DNA of 64,000 nucleotides, taken from Tubulanus polymorphus (Eukaryota; Animalia; Nemertea). Within the stretch, counting starts at the first letter, position 1. Each line of letters begins with the position of its first letter. Below, in pieces: positions 48,001 through 60,752 of this stretch. The translations under genes were made by a program, and so were the position numbers. The stretch covers positions 992,001-1,056,000 of the forward strand of contig NC_134035.1 of NCBI RefSeq assembly GCF_964204645.1. Direction: 5' to 3'. The notes beneath the pieces were generated by a model, which was given only the letters and a program-made list of their open reading frames with translations, did no database searches and had not been told where the DNA came from.

Positions 48001-49846
48001 TTAGTTGACTAAATAGTCCAGTTAGTTCACATATAGTCTGGTTAGTTCACTAGTAGTCCAGTTAGTTCACTAGTAGTCCAGTTAGTTCACTAGTAGTGCG
48101 GAAGAAGTTGACTGAAGAAGTAAAACTGTGATAAATTTCAGTTGAAGTCCACCACATCTAGTATTTGTGATGAAGTTTACACGACAGCCCGACAGAGGAA
48201 AACCTGAAATTCTAAAATTGAAATTGCATTAACAGGGATACTGACTGAGAGGTCGGGGGAGGATGGGGTGAGAGGTTGGGGACAATGAAGTGATGAGGTT
48301 GGGCGGAGGATGAGGTGAGAGGTTGGGGTGAGGTTGAGGGAGGATGAGGTGAGAGGATAGACGATGGGTGAAAAGGGAAGCAAAACAGTACCATTACTCT
48401 GACATTGTAAAGGCTTAAGCAAAAGTTTTCAGTCACACTGGATTAACAGATTCTCGTTTAACACAAGAGCCTAGCCTGTGGCAGTGGGAGAAAGGCGTTG
48501 TAACTAACTGATCGAGTCAGGGCCGGGCCGGCTTCACTGTTGTGTCGTGACGTGTCTGCGTGCGAAGTCAACTGGAGTGAGGTCCCCCTGTGCGTCCCTG
48601 AGGACATGAAATATACCATATCATGAATGCTTATCTTTTTACCCAATATCAAATTCGTACATTTAAAATCATCGTGACTTTAAAGTCTTCATCAATTGAG
48701 GGAATAGTTCACTGTAAATAAAGAATTAGCGATTGAATTGAGCCCGCTCCACAGTAAAAATAGCGCGATCAATTCAATCTCGAACGTCTAGTGCTGCCCC
48801 TATGTATAACGATAGCGTGGAAAACGTGAACTAACATCATACTCGCTTGCCAGAGTCTTCGAAAGGCAGTAGTGGACGAACTAATTACCGATTTGCGGGC
48901 CGGATTCCGAGGAAAATTCTCAAACTCTGAAAACTGCTCTGAAACGTTTGAACCAAACAAATTTTCTATAAAAGAATAAGCCTTAAAAGAGTAAATTTGA
49001 ATCGGGGTATTTCTGGTAGGGTCTGGGAGAGAGCGACAGGTGTTTGTATGTTCCCTGATTATTTGCGCCCAATTAGAATACATCGAAGAAAAAATATGGA
49101 CATTTTGTCAATTCAGATGATAAATTATCATTCAAAAATGTAAATGAATAAGTTATTCTGTATATAAATATTATATTAATTGATAAGTAAGTGAATTTTA
49201 GCTAAAAAGAATTAAATATGTTACCTAAAAAATAAGGAAATATCATACAAAATTCAGAACGTATTCATAGTATCATATTTAATCAGAATTAGACGACACA
49301 CTGGTCTGTATTGTACGTAATAAGGAAATTTAAATTCCGGCGGTAAATATGCACCATTATTTCAGTTCACAGAAATTCCGCTATCGTAATTCATAGGGGC
49401 AGCACTGTACAGTAGATACCTAACTCAGCCTCACTATCTTACAGTGGCATGCGAGTAATACAGATATTTTTCTTAGCCGAATTTCATTCATTATCTAATA
49501 CGATTCCATTATATATGAATAATTCTACTATCGTTTAAGGCTTTTCGAAGGGGATCATCTTTTCAAAACGAATTTCAAACCATTTTTGACAGAACTCTTT
49601 CGTCTGCGGAATGTACTAGTATCCGGTAATGCGGTAGGCTCACATGCCAAAGGAAGACTTTCAAGCAAATTAGATTTTATTCTCTAAAATAGTGCATTCA
49701 ACTACCACTAGCACTGTAACCAGAACAAAAGCTCTGAAATTATTAAAGAAACACTTTTCTATGAAAGAACGAGGCTTAAGAGTAAATTTGAATCGGGGTA
49801 TTTCTAGTATGGTCGGGGAGAGAGCGACAGGCGTTTTGACCCCAGT

Positions 49847-49942
49847 ATCCTAGGTACTATATATAAAAAGTCTTTTTTATATATAGTACCGAGGATAAAA
49901 AACCTGTTGTGTCAGGTCCCTGTGGCTAATACGGACCTGACA
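49847..49942. other. Two adjacent hairpins ~1.2 kb upstream of the receptor ATG
   Basis: ATCCTAGGTACTATATATAAAAAG-TC-TTTTTTATATATAGTACCGAGGAT (49847-49896) and TGTCAGGTCC...GGACCTGACA (49910-49942). Confidence 0.8.
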
Positions 49943-51113
49943 GTACGGTTTAGCTAAAGGAGCTAACGCGGTTGCGCGCGCGCGCGTATCGAACGAGATG
50001 GCGTTGTTTTAGTTGTCGCGTCAGGCGGTATCGTTTAGGTCATAGACGATCACGGTTCTAAACCTGATCCAAAAACCGGTCATCAAGTGAGCACAGGCAT
50101 TTATTGCTAACTATTTCATACATCTAACTATTTTTTTCTAATCGCACGGAACCAACTGATCAGTATTTGCGTGTGTTTTGGTTGGTGTCATCGAGATGAA
50201 AATGTATTCTAAAATACAGTCTGTCGTTGGGTGGACCGAGGTGGAATAAATTGAACAGGGCCGCACGGAAAGCGATTGATGCCGGGATACTGTTCGTCTC
50301 GTCGGCTGGAAGCTGATTCCCGTGATTTCTTACCGGCAAGTGCGGCGGTTAATGGGTAAGAGCAAAGATAACTTCATTAAAAATACTCGGCTTGTTCACA
50401 ATGCCGCTTCAAATTATGCTTGAATGTGCTACGTTCACGCCACAATCAATACAGTAGAACCCGGTTCATCTAAGACCAACAAAATTTATCTGGTTTTTTG
50501 GTGAATTCCTATTGCAAGTAATTTTCTTGTATAGTTATGGACAAATGGACTGCAAATATCGTCCGGATTAGACCAAAATCCGGATTCAGCGGATTTGACT
50601 ATATTACGAATGCTTTCCGATGGCATAAATCTGCTAACCCTGTAAATTGATGATGGTTCATGCAATATTACGAATTTTGGTGAATACGTGAAGGGCCTAG
50701 CCATATATCTCCACAAATTATCATTACCAAAACTATATTTGTAGTACCCACGATATGAACGAAGCGAAAATGAATTTTAAAATCAGTGGTTTAAAAATAT
50801 AATCGGCATCGATATAACGACGCGTGGCGGAAACACGAAACTGAAAACTGCTACAGATATAGGTGGTAATTACTGCGGGGAAGCTCGTTATTTTGTCATT
50901 TTAGAATCTCGTAAAATCGAACATTTTCACGATGGATCAGATATCGCTTGTCACAAATAATCAGCGACTGAAAAATGTTGGATTCTGAAATTGCTGAGTG
51001 AAACAAATATTCGTATCACACACCTTAGTTGAAATCTCTCTCAACATCTTTGCCTGGCGTAGAGACTTTAGCGGTGAAATTGAACTGAGTGAAGGAATTT
51101 CAGTCATTGTATA

Positions 51114-54100
51114 ATGAAGTTGTTCGGTATGAAAGTGCTGTTTATAGCTTCGCTGATCGTCTGTCAAGTTCGCATCGCACGCAATGATCGCGCAGACTCT
51201 ATCGAGGAATCGTCTGTGACGGTAACGGTAAGTTCGTCTTGTAACAACACGTGGTATCCCTTAGATTCTACGTCCGGTTACATCGTTTCACCGAATTATC
51301 CGTCGTTAACGCGCGGTGTTGAATGTCGTTGGTTCATCAACAGTTCTTCACCGGGAACTTTTCGCGTCCAAGTTTACTACAATATCGAGCCGTCGATATT
51401 CTGTAGCGACAACTACCTCCTCGTCTATGAGTTTGAATACAGATTCTGCGGTAACGGAAAACATGAAATTCGCCGTAACGATTCGATCTCGTTGATGTTT
51501 AAAAGTAACGTCGATGCTGCGCGGGGTAGTCGGGTTTATATCATATATCGTTATGAACGAAGCCGATTGAGCATCAGACACAACTGTAGAAAATATTATC
51601 TTAAAATGAACGAATTACAAATATCTAACGGATATAAATTTAATTTAATATTTGGATTTTGTCAATTGTTTCTGGAATGGACCGGGATGCCTGATGGTTT
51701 AGCAATGAATTTGACGTTCATCAATTATCGCGTCTTGTCTAATTCTTACGAGAGCCCTTTTATGATTCATGACGGATGGAACAGCAGCAGTGAACCTATT
51801 TTTCGTATACGAGAACAAACCGGACATCCACCTTCGTCATTCTATACTAAAACAAACAAAGCTACCTTAGTATCTCAGAAAATCCTTATCAAGTCACAGC
51901 TTTTAGTTCAGATATACAAAATATCAGATTGGAACATCACTAATCCGTTGATTCAGATATCTAATAACGAGTCTGGAGTGCTCATTCCTGATGACAACAG
52001 TTTACACGTAATAACTGGATCGAAACACTTATACTGCTGGTCTATCACAGTGCAGGTGTTACAGTACGTCGTCTTCAACTGGACACGTGATCTCGTCACA
52101 TCTGGTGACGTCATTGGTGTATATAAACTCGAAGGATCACGCGTTATAGGAACTGATATTTTACTCGGTTACAACTACCTGGAATCACTGAGTGTCAAAT
52201 CTGACGGCTTTCTCGTCATATTGTGCGTCTTAAAGAGAATGCTTCATGACCATTTGAATCTAAGAATATTTTACCAAATGAAAATCCTATCGATGGCTGA
52301 TATGAAGGTCAACAATCGTCCGGTGAGTAATGACTAGTTTTAAACCAATACCCATAAAATCAATTAATATGTATCACTTTTGTCAAAAAAGTGTTGGCTA
52401 CTTGACTTTTAGGTTACTGTGATGCGGTCATGGTATTTAACACCAATCACACTGTTCCCAAGTCGAAATACGATCGCAATGAACTATCGCATCACGAGAT
52501 ACGAGTTTAAATGGAAAGTTGATATCTATGAAGAGAATATGGAACTGACAGTTTTATCAGAGAATTGCGAGCGAGCTGGATTTTACATATTCGACGGTGG
52601 TAATTTCACGGCTAGACGATACGGTCCGTATTGTCCTCGTTTACAGATATACGACCGTAATGTCGTCGGTCTGATTACATCAGGTGGATCGGTTACTGTA
52701 GTAGGATACGCTTATAGCTGGGACGATCAGTTGACAGTCGATAAGAAATCGTATCTTAGATTTCGTCCTACCGACTGTGACGGGTATGTTTTAAAGGAAG
52801 GAGAACGTCAGATCAATATGACGTCACACTGTCTCGTGATTACACCCGAAAACCGTCGCCTTCCTTTGAGAAACATTCATATATTATCAGAACACGAGTT
52901 TCAAATTGACCGATGTTTTCAGGACCATTCATATTTCGGATCATGCGATATGTATCTGAGATTGAGTAGTCAGTTTCTCAATAACAGTCTCGTATTAAAC
53001 ACTGTGCAAATTCGATTCACTGATCTGTTCTGGAGGCATTTAATAATAGTTAAACTAAGACGTGAATGTCAACGAGCCAAGAGACCCGAGAGAGAAGAAC
53101 TTGCTAAGCCCCTATTTAAAGATGAATGCGGGTTGGTGCAATCACCGAACTACCCAGGATCGTCTGAATATCAACATCAACCGTTATATTTCAATTTTGC
53201 CCAAGTTTCGAAACGTGAGACATTTCCATATTACCGATTTTTAATCAAATATATCGGAAGGACACCCTGCACGAAATCATCTTCGAGAGACAAAGATCCT
53301 ATTATTTACAAACAAACGATAACACATTCTAACGCCAAGAATCAACACGAATACAAAATATGTGACAATACCGCGATACCGGAACTTGTATTCTACAGTT
53401 ATATAGTCAGTGCACTTTGGTTTGAGGTGAAAAAACACATCCCTACATTTCAAATACAATACACATTAAACCAGTCGTTACCGGTAAGACAGTTTGAAAA
53501 GATCTGTAAATCAGGATTTCTCGATTCTGGAATTTCATGCGTTAAGTACATTAGAGATGAAGGTCTGAATTGGGAGAATGCTGAATTGTACTGCAAACAG
53601 AAGTACGCGGGACATCTACTCAGTATCAACTCAGAACAGGAAATGATTTCTATAAAAACGTTATTCGCGACAAAACTCCTACGGCCTGCGTATTCACAGA
53701 AAGCGCTCATTGTGATGATTGGATTGAAAATGCAGGTAAATTTGCAGCAAAAACATCTTACCCAAGTTTTTTTTCTTCTTTTCAAAAGAACATTTCTAAT
53801 TGTGGAACGATTGATGATTTTATGCTTAATTTTCAATTCTATTCTATAGTCTGGTTCTGGTCATTACACGTGGACAGATGGAAAACCATTGAGCTACACA
53901 GAGTGGTATAAACCAACAAATAACGACACGATACCAGAAGTTATTCGAGGATTGATATCTCCTCTAAGAAAACAACCGATAAATGACGTCAATATGCCGT
54001 GTACGGCGATGATGCTGAATAATCCACGAGGATCAGCGAACTGGGTTCGATTCCCCTGCGGAATCGAAGAGGTTCACACGAGTTTCATTTGCGAAACAGA

Positions 54101-57098
54101 AAGAATCGACATCGAAAATACGACGGGTACAGTACTGAATTCTACAAACAACGACACATTCTTGATAACAGAAAATGCATTTCAAGAAATTAGTTTAAGT
54201 GGTTCGAGCTGTACGATTGGTTGGGTAAGCATAGATAAACAATGCTATCAAATAGTGACAGACTGGAACAAACGTCGAGGTTTAGATTTAAAGACAGCGA
54301 CCGTCATGTGTCATGACATCCGTGGTGAAATAGGTGTAATATCCAGTTACACAGGAAAAGAAGCTACGACCTTAATACGAACACTTCAATATCAACATCA
54401 ATATAGCTCTGTACTAACGATGAGTTCTAATGACAAACTGCTAGTTATAAATCCGATAATCACTAGAGATGAAATTACTCACATTAAATCAGTTAGATGG
54501 ATGATGAAACAGTTTGATAATGTAACAGACACAGCGCATTCTGTTTTGTGTTTCTACAATGTAACTGGTGAAGAGTTGGCTTCTACAAGTGGTTGTAAAT
54601 CGTGGCAGTTTAAGTGTAACGATCAAAGATGTATCAGCGAGCATCGCGTATGTGATACCAGAAACGACTGTCAACACGGTGAAGATGAGCTCAATTGTAC
54701 GGATATAAATTTACACAGTCAGTTTCGATGTTATGATGGTCAGGTCATATCAATAAGTGGTTTCTGTGATTTCATGCAGGATTGTGTGGATGGTTCTGAT
54801 GAGAACTCGTGTTTTCATCTACCCTGTTTGTCAGAACAATTTCGCTGTAAGAGTGGTCAATGTATCAGTAGGATTAAAAGATGTGACGGATTCACTAATT
54901 GTAAAGATGGATCTGATGAAATGGGATGCGATGCTCAAATGTGTCAGGGATTCCTGTGTAACATTGGAGACTGTATCGGTTCTCAGTTGTATCAGGATGG
55001 TGTCGTGGATTGTAGTGGAAGTCTTGAGGAAGATGAATTAGTAACAACTAATGTTACCGTGAATCCTGCAATTCATTGCAATAACGAAAATCGCTGTACG
55101 ACTAACTTCACAAATCTCTGCACAGAATCTGATGAACAAAGATGTTCTTTCAATTCACCTCATTGTTACTCTAGACGTCACAGATGTATCCTGGAAAGAA
55201 TGACACATGGATACCCAGTTTGTAGAAATCTTGAGCACGTAGTACGGTGTGAAGAATTTGAATGTCCAGCTGGTACCGTAAAATGTCCAACATCATACTG
55301 TATACCAATCAGACAGGTGTGTGATGGTCGATCGGATTGTCCCAATTCAGAAGATGAACAAAACTGCGAGGCATTTTCATGTCCTGGAACTTTTAAATGT
55401 GGTCATGAAAATCGATGTATTCCACAATTCGAAGTTTGTGATAGTGTTGTCAATTGTAAATATACAACTGATGACGAGGCTTTCTGTAACGTTACGTGTC
55501 CTAGGAGTTGTAAATGTCAAGGCCATTTGATCGACTGTGAAAATGCTGGTTTAACAAACATAAGTGATCTTTTCTCGGCATCAACTCGAGTTCTCATTTT
55601 GTCAAATAATGGATTTATTCTAAGTGAGTCGTCGTTTTCTTCATTTGTTTATCTTCGTACGCTCAACATCTCCTCTAATAAATTGTTTTATATTTTGCCA
55701 AACTCGTTCAAAAACCTGCATAATCTACATACACTCGACTTTACATATAACAACATCACATCATTATCCACAAATACATTCACCGGTTTGTATAGTTTGA
55801 AAGAGTTATCCATAACTGAAAATCCTCTACGTCATTTAGAACATGACACCTTTCAAGATTTGAGGTCACTTAAATTTCTCGATCTTCGTGAACTTTCCTT
55901 GTTGGTGCTTGGTAAAAATGTATTTCGAGGTTTATCTACATTACAGTCGTTGGATATCAGCGGTAACAGAATCCATCATATTTCACGTTATGCATTTTTG
56001 GGGTTGACCGAACTTAGAAATCTCGATATAACCAACAACTCTAAATTCATTTCCACAGAAAGAGGCGTTTTCGACAATCTGACATCGTTAATCTTCTTAA
56101 CCTCTGATGCTTACAAGTTTTGCTGCATGGCTCCGAATGTTGACCAGTGTCTTCCCGAAGCTGATCAGTTTTCCTCCTGTTCTGATCTGATGGGTAACGC
56201 AGTCCTCAGAGCTATCATCTGGGTCATCTCCGCATTTAGTTTCTTTGCAAACGGTATTGTCATTCTATTTCGTTTTCGATCTGTTCGACTTTCATCATCC
56301 GAAAAACGTAACACTTCATCTGACATCCTAATAATAAATATCGCAGCCTGTGATTTTCTGATGTCGATTTATTTGTTTTTGATCGCGGGAGCAGATTACG
56401 TTTATAAAGGAGTTTATTTTCTTAATTCTGAAACTTGGACGGATAGTTCATTGTGTAGTTTCGCTGGTGTTACGGTGACTCTTTCTTGCGAAGGCTCGTT
56501 GACGTTTCTATTCATTTTAACACGTCATAGATTTTCAAATATCGTTAATCCATTTTCAGGAAGCCCGATTACATCTCCAAAATACGTGTCAATTCTTTGC
56601 GGCGTATGTTGGTTTTCAATAGGTACAATTTCCATAATACCGCTCTCACAAACATCTTATTTCGGGGATAATTTCTACGGTACTGCTGGAGTTTGTTTAC
56701 CTATGAATCTAATTACAATTGATGTCCACGCCTGGCAATATTCGTTAGCTATTTTTGCCGTGTTTAACTCCGTCGTACTTGGAACGATAATGGCGACATA
56801 TGCACAAATGTACAGACTCGTATCTGGAAGCAGGTCTGGTTCGGGTAGAGCTGATCCTACCGAACTGATTTTGGCACGCAGGAGTTTGGTGATAAATCTG
56901 TGTAATTTATTTTGCTGGCTACCGTTAATCATCGTTCAGTTTTGCGTCGTATTCGGGGTTCAAATACCGAATCAGGTGGCGGCTTGGCTGGCCGTCCTTT
57001 TCTTACCGATCAATTCGTCCCTTAATCCCCTTCTTTACACCATACTGACTATCGATATGAAATCCATTCGAGCAAAAACTAAACGTTTTCGACATTAA
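51114..57098 (+). CDS. GRL101-like (type C LGR) GPCR with extended ectodomain: signal, CUB/CUB-like, 2 C-type lectin-like, ~7 LDLa, LRR, 7TM (1926 aa)
   Basis: Exons 51114-52322, 52413-53735, 53850-57098 (two phase-0 GT-AG introns). CUB: SGYIVSPNYP...CRWFI. CTL: NWENAELYC...GHLLSINSEQEM...WTDGKPLSYTEW...FICE. LDLa: CDGFTNCKDGSDE etc. LRRs LxxLDLSxNxI-type; hinge YKFCC...DQFSSCSDL; TM7 PINSSLNPLLYT. Confidence 0.93.
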
Positions 57099-60000
57099 AC
57101 AGATTTGAACTTGAATATTCGGAAGCGATGAGGCTCCGAATCTTCCCAAAAACGAAAGTGAAATTGAACAACTCAACTATTTTTCTCTCACAAGCCCGCC
57201 ACACCTGGCAAACCCCAAAACCTGTCGAACTGAGTGAGTCTGAGGAGATGAAAGAACTATTTAACACAACGAACGACAAAAAACCCTCAGAGATTCTTTC
57301 TATTGTCCGCTTAACACGTCAGATAAGAAACGATCTAGCCCTGGCAAGCGAGGAAAAGGTCCCGTTTTGCTATTGCAAACGAGGCCAATTTTAAACACAT
57401 GTCTAATGCATATCGATACAAGAAAAGAACGAAAATGAATTCCAACTTACCCCTCAGTTTGATGACACGAATCACTAAAATTTATCAATGTTTTATTTGG
57501 TTGAAGATGGTGACGCTTAGAACTCAGGGCCGTACTTAGCGGGGGAGTTTAGTCCGATCTTATTCCCATATGGAAAATCCCACGTATATTCATCTTGGTC
57601 AGTCAATATTATCCTGAATCTCTGCTAATTTAAACTGCACACGGTCCACACACGGTAGATATTCTCCCAAATCCTTCCGTGTCGTAAGGCAGTATATAAG
57701 TTTAAGTTTAAGTGTATATGTATTTATCCGAGTGATTCGTGTATAGAATGTATATAGGTTAATCGCGTCTGTCCCGGTCACGGTTCCATTGAGTCGAACG
57801 TGATGGAACATTGTGCATGTATGAAACTTCAACCTCCAAACGACGTTGATAAACATAAAATTAATGTTGAATCATAATTGCATTGAAGTATTGACCATGT
57901 CAAGACAATTCCTTGAAGGGTTTCAACTAGCAGATTTCCACCAGCACCACAGTGGTCAAGATGGCGAAAAGGGAATAAAAATCAGGGCTATCCCGGGTTC
58001 GAATCCAATCTAGAACTCATGCCGATTCAGGGCCGGATATCCGATGTTCGAAGACCCTAATCACTCCGCTTATGCTTAACTGTAACAGCTATCTTTTGTC
58101 CAAAATTGAAAACAAAAACCCAAAACCAAATCTAAGATTTATAATATACTGTTTTTTATTACGTATCAAAATTAAGAAAGATTTTTGGTCGATTTTCTTC
58201 AGTTGTCAACCGTAAAATATGTGTCTTTTTTAACACTTGTTTACTTTAAAAATAGATGCTCAATATTCAAAGAATTAAATTCTTCCTGTAACTAACCACA
58301 TCTTTTTTTCTTGAGACTCAACATTAAATTGCAGATATCGATTCATAGCAGCCCGGAGCCTGCCTCCCTCGGCCCGGGTTTTGCAGCCCCTCAGACACTC
58401 AATACATTGCCGATATCCTTCTTCAAATTTTTGATCGTAAAGAATTCTCTCGAATAATTAGTTTGTAATCAAATACAGTAGACGTCACTCAAGATCAACT
58501 CGATGTTGGTTGAAATATTTTTTGTAACACTATTCATGAAATCAGATATCACTCAAGTCGGGCACATTTTTACAGCCCCTAATGTTCGACTTGACCCGAG
58601 TCTACTGTACTTGTTTGGAGGATGGTGAGATATCACCTTGCCTCATTAGACATTAGTCATCTATCAACACGCTTTAAAATCATCCAGACTTCACAGTTTT
58701 ATGTTCAACGAGAACTTTAGTATCTGTCTTGCACACTCCAGGACTGGGTGTAAGTAAATCGGTGAAAAGGGCCTGAAGAGGCCGCCGATTCCAGGCTGCA
58801 GATCGATAGCTACATAAGACGAATTCACATGCACAAAATGCTTACAAAGTTTGGTTATAATTTGAAAATGGTTTTCAGAGACAAAAATATATAAATATAT
58901 ACACATTAATAATTGCGGTCGATAAAGGTATTGGTAAAATGAACGAATCGAACATTTAAACATTAAAACAGTCACCATATCTGTACATTACTAACATCAA
59001 AATAGAAACAAAACATATGATAAAAATCCCAAGGAGGGTGGTTCAGAAAAGGTAGCTCGTTTCGGTGAAATAGATAATGTCTATATATTCGAAAATTACA
59101 TGGTTAGAAACATCATCCCACCGGCCCACACCACAGTAGCCGGAAAAACTGAAATATCTACCTACGCAGAACGCCTAATTAGATGAATTAATTTTTACGA
59201 TTTCCGAGGAATTCTTCACAAAAACGTAACACATTTTTAAAACATGAAACACTATACAATATTCTCGTAAAAACGTAATCAAAAACACCGAAAGAAACCC
59301 GCATTACATCAACCAAACAGTGTGTAACAAAACAATACATCTTCAGGGCTGAGACAAACCTGTTGATTTAACGTAAAGTTTGTTACATGTTTCTAGATGA
59401 AAGTCGAGCGCAAATTAACTAAATCTTGAGTTGATAGAATTTTCCTATTGATAGCATGCCAACTGGAGGGGTGGCATCCACCGGGTACCCGACTGAAACT
59501 CATCCGAAGCGAAAAACTGCCGAACCGTGGCTCGCGTATCGTTTAATAAAAAGAAAAAAATCTGAATACCACAAGAGAATTATTGTACATACTATTATCT
59601 ATAGTACACACGCAGTGTAGTGGTCATACTAGTAGTACGGTGTGAGTGTGCGTGCTAGCGTGTGCGCGCATGTATTAAATATGGGAGATCGACGGTGTTC
59701 CATGCGATCGCGCACACGCTTTTGAATATTAATTTAGAAAAATGGTAGTTCCACACCTCCTGGAGTCCACCACTGACTGTTTTTTATGAGTATCAATCCA
59801 CTTTAGTCCGGTTAGATGACTTAATAGTCCAGTTAGTTCACATATAGTCCGGTTAGTTCACTAGAAGTCCAGCTAGTTTCACTAGTAGTCCGGAAGAAGT
59901 TGACTGAAGAGAAGTGATAAATTTCAGTTGAAGTCCACCACGTCCAGTATTCATGATGAAGTTTACACTAGTAGTCCGGAAGAAGTTGACTGAAGAGAAG

Positions 60001-60115
60001 TGATAAATTTCAGTTGAAGTCCACCACGTCCAGTATTCATGATGAAGTTTACACCACAGCCCGACAGAGGAAAACCTGAAATATAAAATTGAAATCACAT
60101 TAACAGGGAGACTGA

Positions 60116-60752
60116 CTGAGAGGTTGAGGGAGGATGGGATGAGAGGTTGGGGGAGGATGGGGTGATGAGGTTGGGGAGGATGGGGTGATGAGGTTGGGGA
60201 AGGATGGGGTGAGAGGTTGGGGTGAGGTTGAGGGAGGATGGGGTGAGAGGTTGGGGGTGGGATGAGAGGTTGGGGACAATGGGGTGATGAGGTTGAGGGA
60301 GGATGGGTGAGAGGTTGAGGGAGGATGAAGTGAGAGGTTGGGGTGAGGTTGAGGGAGGATGGGGTGAGAGGTTTGGGGTGGATTGAGAGGTTGGGGACAA
60401 TGGGGTGATGAGGTTGAGGGAGGATGAGGTAAGAGGTTGGGGTGAGGTTGGGGGAGGATGGGGTGAGAGGTTGGGGTGAGGTTGAGGCAGGATGGGGTGA
60501 TGAGGTTTGGGGAGGATGGGGTGAGAGGTTGAGGGAGGATGGAGTGAGAGGTTGGGGGAGGATGGGGTGATGAGGTTGAGGGAGGATGGGGTGAGAGGTT
60601 GGGGGAGGATGGGGTGAGAGGTTGAGGGAGGATGGGGTGAGAGGTTGGGGAGGGTGGTATGAGAGGTTGAGGGAGGGTCAGGTGAGAGGTTGAGGGAGGG
60701 TCGGGTGAGAGGTTGAGGGAGGATGGGGTGAGAGGTTGGGGGAGGATTGGGT
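60116..60752. repeat. G-rich satellite array (block B) in unit 2
   Basis: Same unit as 44105-45030 with a different copy number. Confidence 0.95.
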
